A DNA stretch of 64,000 nt. Source: Botryllus schlosseri (lineage: Eukaryota). Where the stretch lies: assembly GCA_051294905.1 (NCBI GenBank), contig CM119378.1, forward strand, positions 8,122,001-8,186,000, given 5' to 3'. A program made the position numbers and the translations under genes. Every line of letters starts with the position of its first letter. Position 1 is the first letter of the stretch. The notes beneath the pieces were generated by a model, which was not told the DNA's origin, made no database searches, and saw only the letters and a program-made list of their open reading frames with translations. Of the stretch, positions 26,444 to 39,200 are shown piece after piece.

Positions 26444-27229
26444 AATATACTTTTTCAGTAAAATCTGTCTTAATTTGACACACAATAGTTTTGCACTCTC
26501 AAGTTTCATTACTCTCGGGCACCTATGAGTGAGAGCCTCTGTAGAACGTGCGCAATATATGCAACATATATGCACTATACATGCAATTGCATAAAACGGA
26601 TGACTACTGTGGCCACTGGCCAGACTGGTCTCAAAAAATTCAATCAACCACATTGATGCAGATCTTCTGACATTGACGTTTTACGTCGTTCCTACGAAAA
26701 ATCACATATTTCTCCGACCTACTATATTATAGTTTTCCGAGGAGGCCTATGTATGATCTATAGAGACAACGCATGTCTATGTCTACTCTATTTATTGTTG
26801 TATTCTGTAAGCATAAGTGCTGTTTATAGGAATATCAGTAATTCAGTATCAAAGATATGGTGATATATTCATATACAACATCGAAGAGTTGATCTACACG
26901 CTAAATACAGATTGGGATATAAGTAGTATACTACAATTGAAGCAGCGTTCTTGCAAACTCGTCCATAGATAATTATAATTATATTTCGAAACAACTGCTA
27001 TCAACACGTTTAATATCATACCCGAACGTACGGCGCGATATAGTCAAATAGATCTAGAGACCACGGGGGGTGTTTGATTGAAAGACTATACTCGATCTAG
27101 TTTCGACTCCTTCCGATGTTTTCATTTTATCGCATTATTGTGGCGCTTCGAATAGATGGAATTGTTGTTAAGCTAAACTGAACAACACATATTATAATAC
27201 ACGTGTGTGAGACAGGATGTAACAACAAT

Positions 27230-30200
27230 TTACGCAAGTATTCGGGAGTCGCGGACTTCTCCCTTCGAAGTTTTCTCGCACATCACCATGAGATCGTAAC
27301 ATATTGCTTCCGTTACCACCGAGTCCTCGCGGTAGTCTTGATGAGACCGAACGAACTGCCTTATCCACTGCGCAGTCGTGAGGTAGTCACCTGGAAAGTA
27401 TACTGTCACTCACCAAGAGCGATGGAAGACCCACAAGGTCTAATCGTTACGTCAACAACACCACGACGCCCGAATGGAAAGTTCAAAATTTGAAGGGAAA
27501 GCCGCCGTACTGACATTTCAACGGAAAACTTGCGCAGGAAATAGACTTCGACGACTAGAATTATCTAATTAGAGCAAAATGCCTGCAATCCGATTATAAT
27601 CTAGCTTGTAAAATGTTTCTTTGCTGTAATTCTTATTCTAATCTAATTCGTGAAATGTTTTTATTCTCTAATTTTAATTGTCATATTGTTTCTGATTTTC
27701 CGTAAAATGCTACAGAAGAATGGTATCGTGCGAAAAGAGCCAAGCTTGCTGTACAAGACATTTTCCATTCTCTTTCTTTATGAGAATGAAATTTGATTCG
27801 ATACGAACTGAACGTGATTCAAGTTGTCGCGAATTATAAGTAATTCAAATTATAATCTAATTTATAAAGAAAAACTGTGTAGCTATAATTTAATTCAAAT
27901 CTAGTTAGGAAATAGCTGTGTAGCTTTAATTCTAATTCGAATCTAATTAGGAAAAGCTGAAAAGTTTGTAGTTGTCCGACTCCGGTTTATTAAATGCTAG
28001 TCAAGGAGGGGAGACTCGTAAAACCATGTTTTTCGAGATTGCGAGAATGATGAGACAACGTTATTCCTATATCACCACCTACCGGACGCTCTTTTCGATA
28101 TCAACGTTAAATGCTGATCGACGATCTGCCTTGTCGATTTGTGCATCTCCGTCGCGGTTGAGAGAAATCCCCTTATAATTGGTATGATACCATCGAACTT
28201 GCCTTCCTGGGTGGCGGTCAGAACGGAATGAAAAAAAAAATGAATTAGCAAAACGAAATCTATTTCGTTGGCGTACCAATCCATTTATCAAAGCGTTCAA
28301 CGATAGTCTTTCGAAAACGTCGTTATTCTTGCTAGATTTAACCCGACACCAAAACTTTCCTTGTCGAACAGCATCGTTTGCGTCGGCTTGTAGCATATTT
28401 TCATCGACCTGATGAATACACGAAAGGAATTGATTGATATAAGATGGGAATATATATTAGGGGATATATGGGAATATATGGGAATATATGGGGATATATA
28501 TTTTGGGAATATATATATGGGAATATATATATGGGAATATATGGGAATATGGGAATATATATTAGGGGTCTTCAAAAATGACTTTTTTTCTTAAATGGGG
28601 TGAGCAGAAAATTTTAAAATTTTTGGTAATTTATTTTTATATAATAAATAGAAACTTTGTTCTCCTGTACAATGCGGCTACTGGCTGGAGTTGAACCGAA
28701 TTTGGTGTGTAGGCTTAAATTAGGTAACCTAAGACTTTTATCAAGTAGCCAGTACAATTTGAGAAAAAAAGTCATTTTTGAAGACCCCTAATATATATTA
28801 TACAATATACATATATACGAGCCATTTCAAAGTATTGCATCTAAAGCAGCTTTTGTGAAAGCAGTGGGCTAGTCGTCCTAAAACCAACAGGGCTACACCA
28901 GCAGAAACGAATAAATGGACGCGTCAATCAGAATTTTCATAAAAGAAAGAGTTTTGTACCCGGAATGGCATGGCAACCAATCACGCAATGGATAGCGCTA
29001 TTGTTATTGTGTTATAGCAGTTTGCATTCATTACATTGCTTAAATAGCCTATGTTTAGACAAGCTATTTTAATAGAATATATCGGACATTAGCTCAGGTG
29101 TAAATAAGCGCAAGATTTGTAACAGTAAATACCACCATTCATCATACATATCTAATGCCCTGATAGATAGAAGTCACAACGTTTGGAATCTGCACGCTGA
29201 CTAGCCATTCGCTCATACGTGGCTGATTTGTTACGATATGAAAGCGATTCTCACCTTCGAGATTGGCATTAGGAAATTCAACTTCCTCTGCACAATAACT
29301 CGGGAAAGGAGGACGGCAAACGTAACGAACGCGGCGTTTTCGAAGTCGGTTAGCTGCACGTCGCATACCCTCAGTTCAAGTCTCCAACCCATATCAATGT
29401 TGGGCGGTGGTATTTTAAATCTGACCGCCTGATAGTTCAGAGATTGTAGACTCTGTGGAAAAGTCAGTACTGATGATCTGTACGGATATATATTTAATTT
29501 ATATTTAGTCGCGATTGAATAACACCGCCCGGTACTCTGGATCGAAGTTACATTAACGCAGTTATGCCGTCTCGACTTTTTGGCCTCAGCCGCTACAAAC
29601 TAATTTCTTTACGTTACAAGCACATTCTGGATTTATGGATTATGTATTACAAATTATAAAGATAACTCTGGTCTATGGAAGCCAAGTTCTGGCAGGACAG
29701 TCATTTATCAGCAGAGGTGGTTACTACTCAAACTTTGCTACTCAAGTAGAAGTGACTCCGAAAATTTCTACGTAATCGCAAGTAGAAGTAGTTATTCCCA
29801 CGACATGTCAAAACTATTTCAAGCAGTAGAAGAAAATTAAAAGCTGTTTCAAAAGTTTTAAAACGTACATTTGATTTAGGGGCGGCATATACTTTTACCA
29901 GTAAATTGTAGTTGATCGTTATCTGTATTTTGCATGACGCAGGATTTCACGTAGCGCTACTTGACTATACTGCGATTGAATATAGATAGAAATCGTTTCC
30001 AAAGATCCATATACGTTGCTCAAGCTTATAGACATGCAGATGGAGGTTGACGAGTTCATAATTGCATAATTGCATAATTGCAATGACTGCGCACATTGTT
30101 GTCAGCTTCCCACATAGGCCGTGAGTCAGTGATGAGCGGATATTGATTTCTGAGAATCCGAATCCGTCCGACAGCTCGAGTCTCTGAGTAGCTATCCGTC

Positions 30201-33200
30201 CGAATCCGAACAACCTCAATCAAAATCCATGCGAGAAATGCGAATCGAATAAGTTTTCCGAAGAATCCTAATTGTACGGCTGAGCTGCGGGCAGTTTTTA
30301 CAAAAGCTAAGGTTAGGGTTAGCTGGTATATTTGCTTGGACCTTTTACAAATCAACGTTAGAGTGTTACCAGTCCTATCAGAATGTGTTTACGCAGAAGT
30401 GGTCAGTAACGAAGTACTTCTACTTTTTGGAAGTACTCAAGTATATTTCCTCTACTTCTGGTACTTACCAGGGCTGTGGAGTCGGAGTCGGAGTCGGTGG
30501 AGTCGGAGTCTGGGTAATTTTCGCTTGATGGAGTCGGAGTCGGAGTCGTGAAAACTCTAATAGCTGGAGTCGGAGTCGGAGTCGTGGGGGAAATACTGAC
30601 TGGAGTCGGAGTTTGTGAGAATGACCCTGACTTCGACTCCAACTTCTCTATCATGAAAACATTTGCTTTCAAAGAATTTTCAATATAATTTTTATGTACC
30701 ACCAATCACTGTTATTAATAGCCATACAGATCAGGTGCGGCCAGCACGTCGCACGCAGGCCAAATTTGGCTCACGAGAAGGTTAGGTGTGGCCTGCGAGG
30801 TAATTCTTGAAATTATTTATGACATCAGGTACAATTGCAAGGCCAACCAAAATTTGATTAGCATGACCGCGAAATTTGATGATGACTAAAACAACAGTTC
30901 TGACGCATTGACGTATCCAGGGGCCAGCCACATTTATCCCAGACCTTCGTATATGACCATAAAGTAGAATATTTCATAGCAGATTCATTTGACTTGAAAT
31001 TTGTCTCGGTACTTCGCATGATTTGTCACTAGATTTCTTGCATTCAGTATTTGAGCCCCCTTCTGAAAATTATAAATAAATATTATTCACAGAATTGAGT
31101 CTAACTATATTCGCAATTAGGAGATAATGTGACGTCCAACATGCGGCTTCGCTTGTGCATTCGCAGCGAGATCGTCGACAAAACATTTGCACAAAATGAT
31201 AGGGGTCTGTTCACTGATACCGTCGATTTTGCTACGTCTAAACGTCGAATAATCCTGTCCTTGTCAAATGAGCCCAGTGGTATACAGATGCGACCCCCAA
31301 TGCATGGATGTTAGCAACATATTTGTTGATATAATTCAGTAACTATCTTGCAAAAAAATTTCGCGCTTCGCGCTACCAGGGCCTGATTGCGCACTGCACA
31401 GTTGCATGACATATTGTTATCAATTTTAGAGCGTATTAATGTAAGTCCTGTTTGCAATGTTACCTAATTCGGTTCGATCCTATCGGATGACTAAAAAAGG
31501 TTATCAACATTCCAGTTGCCCGTGCAATGGCTCGTAAATCTCATATGTCCCTATGGCCGAAAAAGTTGCCCACCCCTAATATAGATAAAATTAGACATTA
31601 CTTGCAAATTACAACTCAGTTGCACAGGAGAAAAAAATCGCAATTTGCGTCAAAATTGATGCAATTTTTGGAATTATACCATGATACTGTGACAGAGCAA
31701 ATGCATCGGCTGGTTTTGTAAAATTGTAAAAATGGTGTAAATTTCACCAAACGATGCTTCCAACTTGAAAAAATTAAAACTATTTGTAGTGTAGCTTAGC
31801 TGCTTGGGTCGAACAAATGATTAAGAAAGACTGCAAGTCCCAATCCTTGAATACTTGATTAAGTACATGTAGACTAGACATAGGCTATGGTCTTCGACTA
31901 CTTAACTAAATTCCATTTATGACCAATGTCTATTAGTACCTTAGTAGTAAGAGTGTGCGTGCTTGGAAACAGTATAGTGTGCAATGACAAAATTAGTAGG
32001 TTCAATCTCTTTATTAGTTGCTGACTCATACACAAGAGCTACACTTGAATCTTTTATCTACATTTTTTTATACAGGATTGGATATCTGCCATATTTGAAT
32101 GATTCATACATTTCAGGATATTAGAGAGTCCATGTTATAAAAACTTGAAAAGGAAGGATATTTAGCAAATCTTTCTTTCATGTTAATTGCATAGTGGATA
32201 ATTCGAGCTGTGCCACAATGAAACAATTTAGCATGCCACCGTTAATCATATGTTTGCATATGTTTAATGGTTGTATGATAGTCATTCAACCGACAATGTG
32301 GCATATAATTTTCGAAGTAAATTGGTAATAATGCTGGAGTCGGAGTCGGGAGTCGGAGTCGGAGTCGGTACGTTTAAAGACTCAGGAGTCGGAGTCGGAG
32401 TCGGTATATTGAAAATGTGTGGAGTCGGAGTCGGAGCCGGAGTCGGTGGTAAAATTTACCGACTCCACAGCCCTGGACTTACTCAAGTAGATCTGATTTT
32501 CTTTACTTCTACTTCCACTTCGTAATATTTTATGATCTACTTACTTACTTTTCGCTATTTTCAGTTTGTCAAGTAGAAGTAGTTTAATCCCCCGACACGA
32601 AAGATAGCCTGAGGAATTTCGGGGAAGTTTTCACGGAGTATACCAACATTTAATATTTATAAAAGTCAAGTGAAGCCCAATAATTTTGTTGCGCTTTGCG
32701 CATAGTAATGATGGAGTGACAAATATGTTTTCACGAAAGTATCAGTGAATATAATTTAGGTACCGGATTGCTTGGTTCCTCTCACACCGCATTGTCGCCC
32801 ATTTCTAATATTTGATCACAGTAAATAAGGCCCACCATAACGTTTGAAACTACCGTTTCTCAATCTAGCAATTACCTATCATATCGGAATCTAGAAGCCC
32901 ATTACGTGTCTTGCTAATCTGGAAAACCCCGGTTTTTGAACGTTACACCTGTTTTAGCAGATCATCTTTGAAGCTTTATGGACAAAATACATAAAATGTA
33001 TTTTCCGCTTTCTAGAAGTGGTATTTGTATTTCACCTTCAATTGCGAGTATCATACTTTGAGTTCTAATTACTTTCAGTTCTTTTTGTCCGCAGAATATA
33101 CATGTTGAAGCGTAAAAGCAAGTGTAGTAATGCCTCTGTTTTCCGAAACTAAAGCTACACTAAATATAACTTTTACGATCCACAATATTTGTTATTAACG

Positions 33201-36200
33201 TATACTAATCGCGCAAAGTGATGAAACCGTATCCGATACCACTTCTACGTATTGCTCTTCGCCTAAACTTGGGGCCTTATAATATGGGGTAGGGCGCTAT
33301 GCCATGATCTTCTCTAAAAACGGGGTCTTCTAATAAAGAAAGGGTTCGTATCGCATTTTCATATCAATACTATAATTTGCATCCCATGACGCTAAACAAT
33401 GCTTATTCTGTCGAAAATTGATACCTCCTGGGATGCCTCAATACGAATCAAGCTCTCTGCACCTTGCGCATAGCTCAATTCGCAGTTTTTGACAGTCCAT
33501 GCGAAGTGGCGAGATAGCGCAGTGATATAGTCCGCGGCTGCAACACCAATGGGTGCGGGTTCGAGTCCGACCGAGGTCGACTTCAGAATTCCGAAACCTA
33601 GGCTCCTCCTCGCCACCTCGTCCACGTAAGCGGTGATTTACAAAAAGCCTGGAGGTGGGCCGTGCTATAAGTCGGCAGTTACAGAAAATAATGGAGTTTA
33701 ACGGCCTGGTGTAAATGACCATAGTATAGTCGACAAACACCATGAACACCACAAAACAAACAAGCAGACAGTCCATGCGAACGAACTAAGACTGTTATCA
33801 AAACTACTTAGTTACTTGAGTAGATTTAAAGTCAGTCAATCCTACTTCAAGTAGTTTTAGGTGGCTTATTGAAGAAGTACTTCTACTCGTACTTCAGTAG
33901 ATTTTGTCGTCGCTACTTCTACTTCTACTTGAGTAGCTTCCTTGACTACTTTGACCACCTCTGTATACGGACCATGTTTGGTTGTCGAGTTGACGATTTT
34001 TCATTGCCTTGAAATCACGTCAAGTCACTTCTGGTCAGAACTATCCAAAAATATCCGAAGCTGAAGTTACAACTATCCGAAAATATCCGAAACAAAATCT
34101 ACAATAGTATCCGAATCCAATCCGACTGTCTCAAAATTGTGCAAAATCTTTCTTTCTTTCTAGTAATCAGCACGCCAAATTGAAATATGGATCGTGGAAC
34201 ATTTTCAAATCGAAATTAGGGGTCGCGACCATAAAAAGGTTGAGAACCATTTATCTAAGGCAATACCCGCACCTGGAAGCCTAGGCTAAGACTAAGGACT
34301 TTTCGCAATCAAAACGGAAATCACGCTTCTACTCACTTCAAAATAAAAGTAGTCGTGATCCACATCCTCGGTTACTTTTTCTTCAAACATCAACATCGGC
34401 TCACGAGCGAAGGTATTCGCTAAGTGCGCAGCAAGGCCTTGACACACACCTAACGGTACAAATATAATATACTTAGCATGGCCACTGCATTTTGGGTCAT
34501 CATGAAGTCAATTTTATGAAAACATGCCGGTTCATGGGCAATTTTGTATGACTTTGTCTTGATGTGTCGCCAAAGGAGTCGCATATAGGAGAGTAAGATG
34601 ATAGCAAGACAAAGGCAATAGGCATGATTAAAATATTCTTTCTCGCCGCACTAATAGTATAGAGTAGTATTGGTCTAGACCCGGGTGATATTTTAGCGAC
34701 AGACCTCGTTTCAACTTTCGACACTCTCCTATCGGGGCCTATACGATATAACACACAGTCAGTTTTCGTAGACTACGCTCCTATCTATTCATTGCATCGC
34801 ATGGTGTCTTGTGCGAAAAATTCGATTTACGTGTGTATTTCATGAATATCATTTCATGTATATATTATAATTCTCATGATGATCTTGTATATTTTTCACC
34901 CCGTATCATAAATGGAAGAGAAATGGTCACACCTTCTTTAATAAGAGTCTTCTGAACCGCTTCATCAACCGGGAACGGCAAATCGTTATACTCTCGACCA
35001 TTTTCCGAAATGTAGCTTCTGATGGATGAGCACCTCGGATAGAAAGGACATCGACTGCACACAATAATCATGTCAATCTTTGACTTTGCATCATGTATAA
35101 GCATTTCCGATGCAAATACCTTGCGCTAGAAATTAGAGTGTCTTGCTCTTCCGGTGTTCTATCGTCCGTGCCCTGAACTAAGACACTCCACCTTGTGTCT
35201 AGATCCAACAGAAAACCGCGGAATATAGGAGATGATGCACCTAAAGCTTTCTGCGCACGAAAAAAAATCAGCAAACAGCATACCGTACGTTGGATTGTTC
35301 ATATTCATAAACAACAAGAACATGGTTACCATCCAAAAAGATGTTACTATCATCAGCATATACTTACTATGATCGGAGACAACGCACCAAATTGATCGTA
35401 AAGCAATTTCAGCTCTTCTAAATCCTTCGCTTGCAACGTTATTTGTAGACTGCAGCATCCGTTAGCAAACGCCATACCATCCATGTAAACGTGGTCTGCA
35501 CGCGAAGCAGTACTATCTACATGGCTATTGAAATTTTCCAGAACCGGTCGTGATGTTTTACGATCCTGGAATACTTTTCGAAACACATTAATTTAATAAT
35601 TTACCCACCAAACAGAGCACAGATGCTGCACAACGTAGAACTTGACTAAATAAAGCGATTGTATTGATCACCAGAATATGGATCTGCTAAATGTTAATTT
35701 GTGTTTAGTATAATGTGGTGTGTAGATGCCCTCCTTATATACACCCACCTCAATTTTCGTTTGTGTTACTCGGGTGTAGGACCGGGCAAAATCGAGTACC
35801 CGAGCGACTCGATTCTGAATCACGTATTATGTTTCGAGTCGAGTATTCGAGTATCACTCATTATGAAGTCATAACAGTATGCAATATGTAAATTTTAAAC
35901 ATGCACCTTTTATGTCATCACAAAAATATGATGCCTGTTGTCCATTTCATTAAAGATACTTTGGTCTTTTTTCGACCATACCGATTTCACTGCACTTGTG
36001 ACAATGTTGTGGGATGATTGTGACTTCGAAAATGTGCTATTTCCAGTAATGTTCGTAGCTTTGTTTCGTATGCTGCGACACGGTCAATCAAGGTTTCAAG
36101 GCTTCCACAGTGGAAAATACAATCGAAAATATAATTCTCATTGATAAATTAACTTTCAGTTGCGAGGAGCATCTAATTTTAGTGCTCGAAAAAATTGTCT

Positions 36201-39200
36201 TCTACTACTCGACTCGAATCATTACAATTAATACTCAATTCAGATTCGAGTGCTCGAATCATATGATCCAGCCATACTCGTGAGCTGTTGTAAATTTCTA
36301 CCAACCCGAATGGCCTAATGCAGGGATTTACAACCCTTATTACAGGCACATTTACAGCGTACAAGCAACATTCAATAACGGGCCTTTTACGCCATTTAAA
36401 TTGGATTTCTGGTGTAGCGGGATGCACAAAATATTTTTTGAAGCGACAATAACAACACCTAACTTTTCACTCAAAAGCGATAAAAGAGAAGGCGAGACTC
36501 TATGGAATCGGTTAACATGGAATCGCCGGAAACTCTGCAAAAATGAAGTCTATAATGGTTTTTAAATCACCAGAAAACTTTTTGAGTTGTTGGATGACTT
36601 TTGACGTAAATATTACTGTGACCAGTCAGAACAGTCCTATACTTTAATATTTTTATGATATTTCTCTTAGTCACGTGACCTGATTCACCTGGAGTGGATG
36701 TTTAATTTAAAATAGAAACTTAATATTTTATTATGAAAATTGCGGTACGATGGTGTTGATTTCATGTATTATGCCGTATACCAATCAACATCAATGCTTC
36801 GGGATCTAATTATATATTTGTAAGAGTTCATACCTTAATTGAGCCAACCCATGAGTTTTGCGAGCTTGTTTGTTTTGTGGTATTCATGGTGTTCGTCGAC
36901 TATTATGGTCATGTACACCAGGCCGATTTTCTTCATTATTTTCCGTAACTGCCGACTTATAGCACGGCCCACCTCTAGGCTTTTTGTAAGACGAGTTGGC
37001 GAGGAGGAGCCTAGGTAAACCTCCAACACTTAATTATCGGAATTCTGAAGTCGACCTTGGTCGGACTCGAACCCGCACCCATTGGTGTTGCAGCCGCGGA
37101 TCATACCACTGCGCTATCTCGCCACAGTTTTGCGAGACCAGGTTTAGCTCTGACGCCCCTGCTCAAAGACTATACTTTGCTAGAGCATGTGTTGTGCAAC
37201 AGATGTCGAAAATTGAGTTCCACTACGGTGGAGCACGTCACAGCCCAAATGGCATTTTAATTACTTTCACATACCAGTCTAATAGGCGAATTAAACTCAT
37301 TTCGTGAGATGCACATTACTACAAATTGACACTTTCGCGGGATCACAATTTACTCCGCACGACTGTAGGCTGCACTGCACAGTGCACAACTGCACAATGC
37401 ACATGCACATTGCACATCCCTTAAATTCTGTACGTCTTGATCGTGGATTGAGCTCATATACTGCAATTCACGTTGAATTTTATATGAATTCATACCTGGA
37501 ACATTGATCGAAATTTTTCTGCCCCGTCTCAAATTTGCATTTCTTGTCATGGCTCTATAAAAGTTTCAAAATCTATAGCGTGCTAGTATGGAAACTTGGG
37601 ATAGCTTTTTTCGTCTCACTCGAATCTGGGTGTTAGGGTGACTGTGAAATCAGGTAGAAAGCTTGAATCCATCAGAGAACCATTCAGCGGAAGGTCTTGA
37701 GAATCTGCTAGCGCTCCATCGCATCCAAGCCTGTGGCGACAAGCATTCTACATTTCAGAGACAGGGTCAAACCCGTTCAGATGCCACCGTCACACACCAC
37801 AGGACGCTCTGCGGTCGAGTGTATGGTTGGTGATTAGCGTCTGACTCATCTACCGATAGCGGAGTTTGGCGTGTATGAGCGTCATGTTAGAATACAGGCC
37901 ACGCAAAATCTGGTGTGGCAGGTTTTGAGTGCGAATATACTGGGAAAACTCAGCTGTATATAGTGTCGTTACAATAACGAGTAGCGAATTCCCTGTCTCA
38001 CGCTTGGTTCGGAATCTATCATACTATTTATCATTCGAATTATCATCAATTTCATCAATTCAAAACATCACGAGATTGTGGCACAACACGAATGAATCAG
38101 GAATGTTGGACGTTAGCGGCAAACGGCACGTGATCGTAAGAGTTGGATTAAATTGCATATTCATGAAATCAACCCATTTATTTTCGGCTGACCACTCGTC
38201 AGGGGTCATCGTCAGCAACTATACTAGAGAATTGGAAAGAACATTGTTTAGCAAGGATCGTTTCTCCAAATCATATGACGTCACCGGATGAAATTTCGAC
38301 AAACGGAGGCGAAGAGATCGCTCAAGTTCAATTGACTATATTTTGGCACAAAGTAGGTTGGTGTAGTTTGATAAAAGTCAAATCCGTGGCATACAAATGA
38401 ACATGTGAACGGCCTTTTTCGACGACTCGAAATCAGTCGTTGCGGTCTCGATTACCCCTGACGAATGTCAGTCTAAAAGATTCGATTTCAATATGAATAT
38501 AGTATTCCATTAGAGTTCTGTACCGGCAAGAGTTTGTTTAAAAGTTAGATATAATCCAAATATGTTAGCTACAGAATATTTGTCCGAAGTTTGATAGAAT
38601 GAATTGTGAAACCACGAATAAATATCGCCTCGTCACGCTCACGGTTTCAGTGAGACGCCATGAATTGCGATGGGTACGCTGGGCTGGTACATAGATAGGC
38701 TATTATTACATGTTGTGTTACCTTGGAAATGACGACACTGTAACAAGTTTTTCATTCTCCTCCATCCTTGCCTGACCCTCCTGTCTCCTGTAATTAGAAA
38801 AAGACGACATACATCAGACGCGAGCACAAAATGTTTCCCTCGAGAAACCTCATGGACGCAGCACTAGTTTATACCCATTTAAATGGATGTAATAAATCCA
38901 AGGCATAATGCCTTTGAGAAAAGAAAAATATTAAAAATACTCGTTTGCAAAAATTTCAGCAAGTTATCGAAACAATGGTTCTAGATTGGGGATTCGAGAA
39001 ACATTTTCAGGGGGTCCGCGTAACCTCTAATTTTTCAATATGAATGATGATAACCGAATTTGTGATGTACGAAGGTCGGGAAAATCATGTCGTAAATTTA
39101 TACGCAATTGCGAGTAGAGCTAGTGATTTCCAAGACGTGACAACGCTATACTTGAAGTGGAAATAGAAAATGAGGTCTGAGAATTAATCAAGTGGTAGTT

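Larger units (their letters stand above)
30394..33963. mobile_element. MITE (TIR CAGAGGTGGTCA, AGTAGA-rich) inflated by nested insertions; uninterrupted inverted copy at 46612-47875
   Basis: 30394-30468 plus 32476-33963 correspond to the reverse complement of 46612-47875. Confidence 0.8.

Noticed and set aside
30336-32525. ESESES / GVGVGV / TPTPTP ORFs
   Set aside because: They are translations of (GGAGTC)n transposon subtermini.
33506-33585. tRNA gene
   Set aside because: A and B boxes are present, but the head runs into a repeated body and (CAAA)n tail with a TSD, so it is a SINE.
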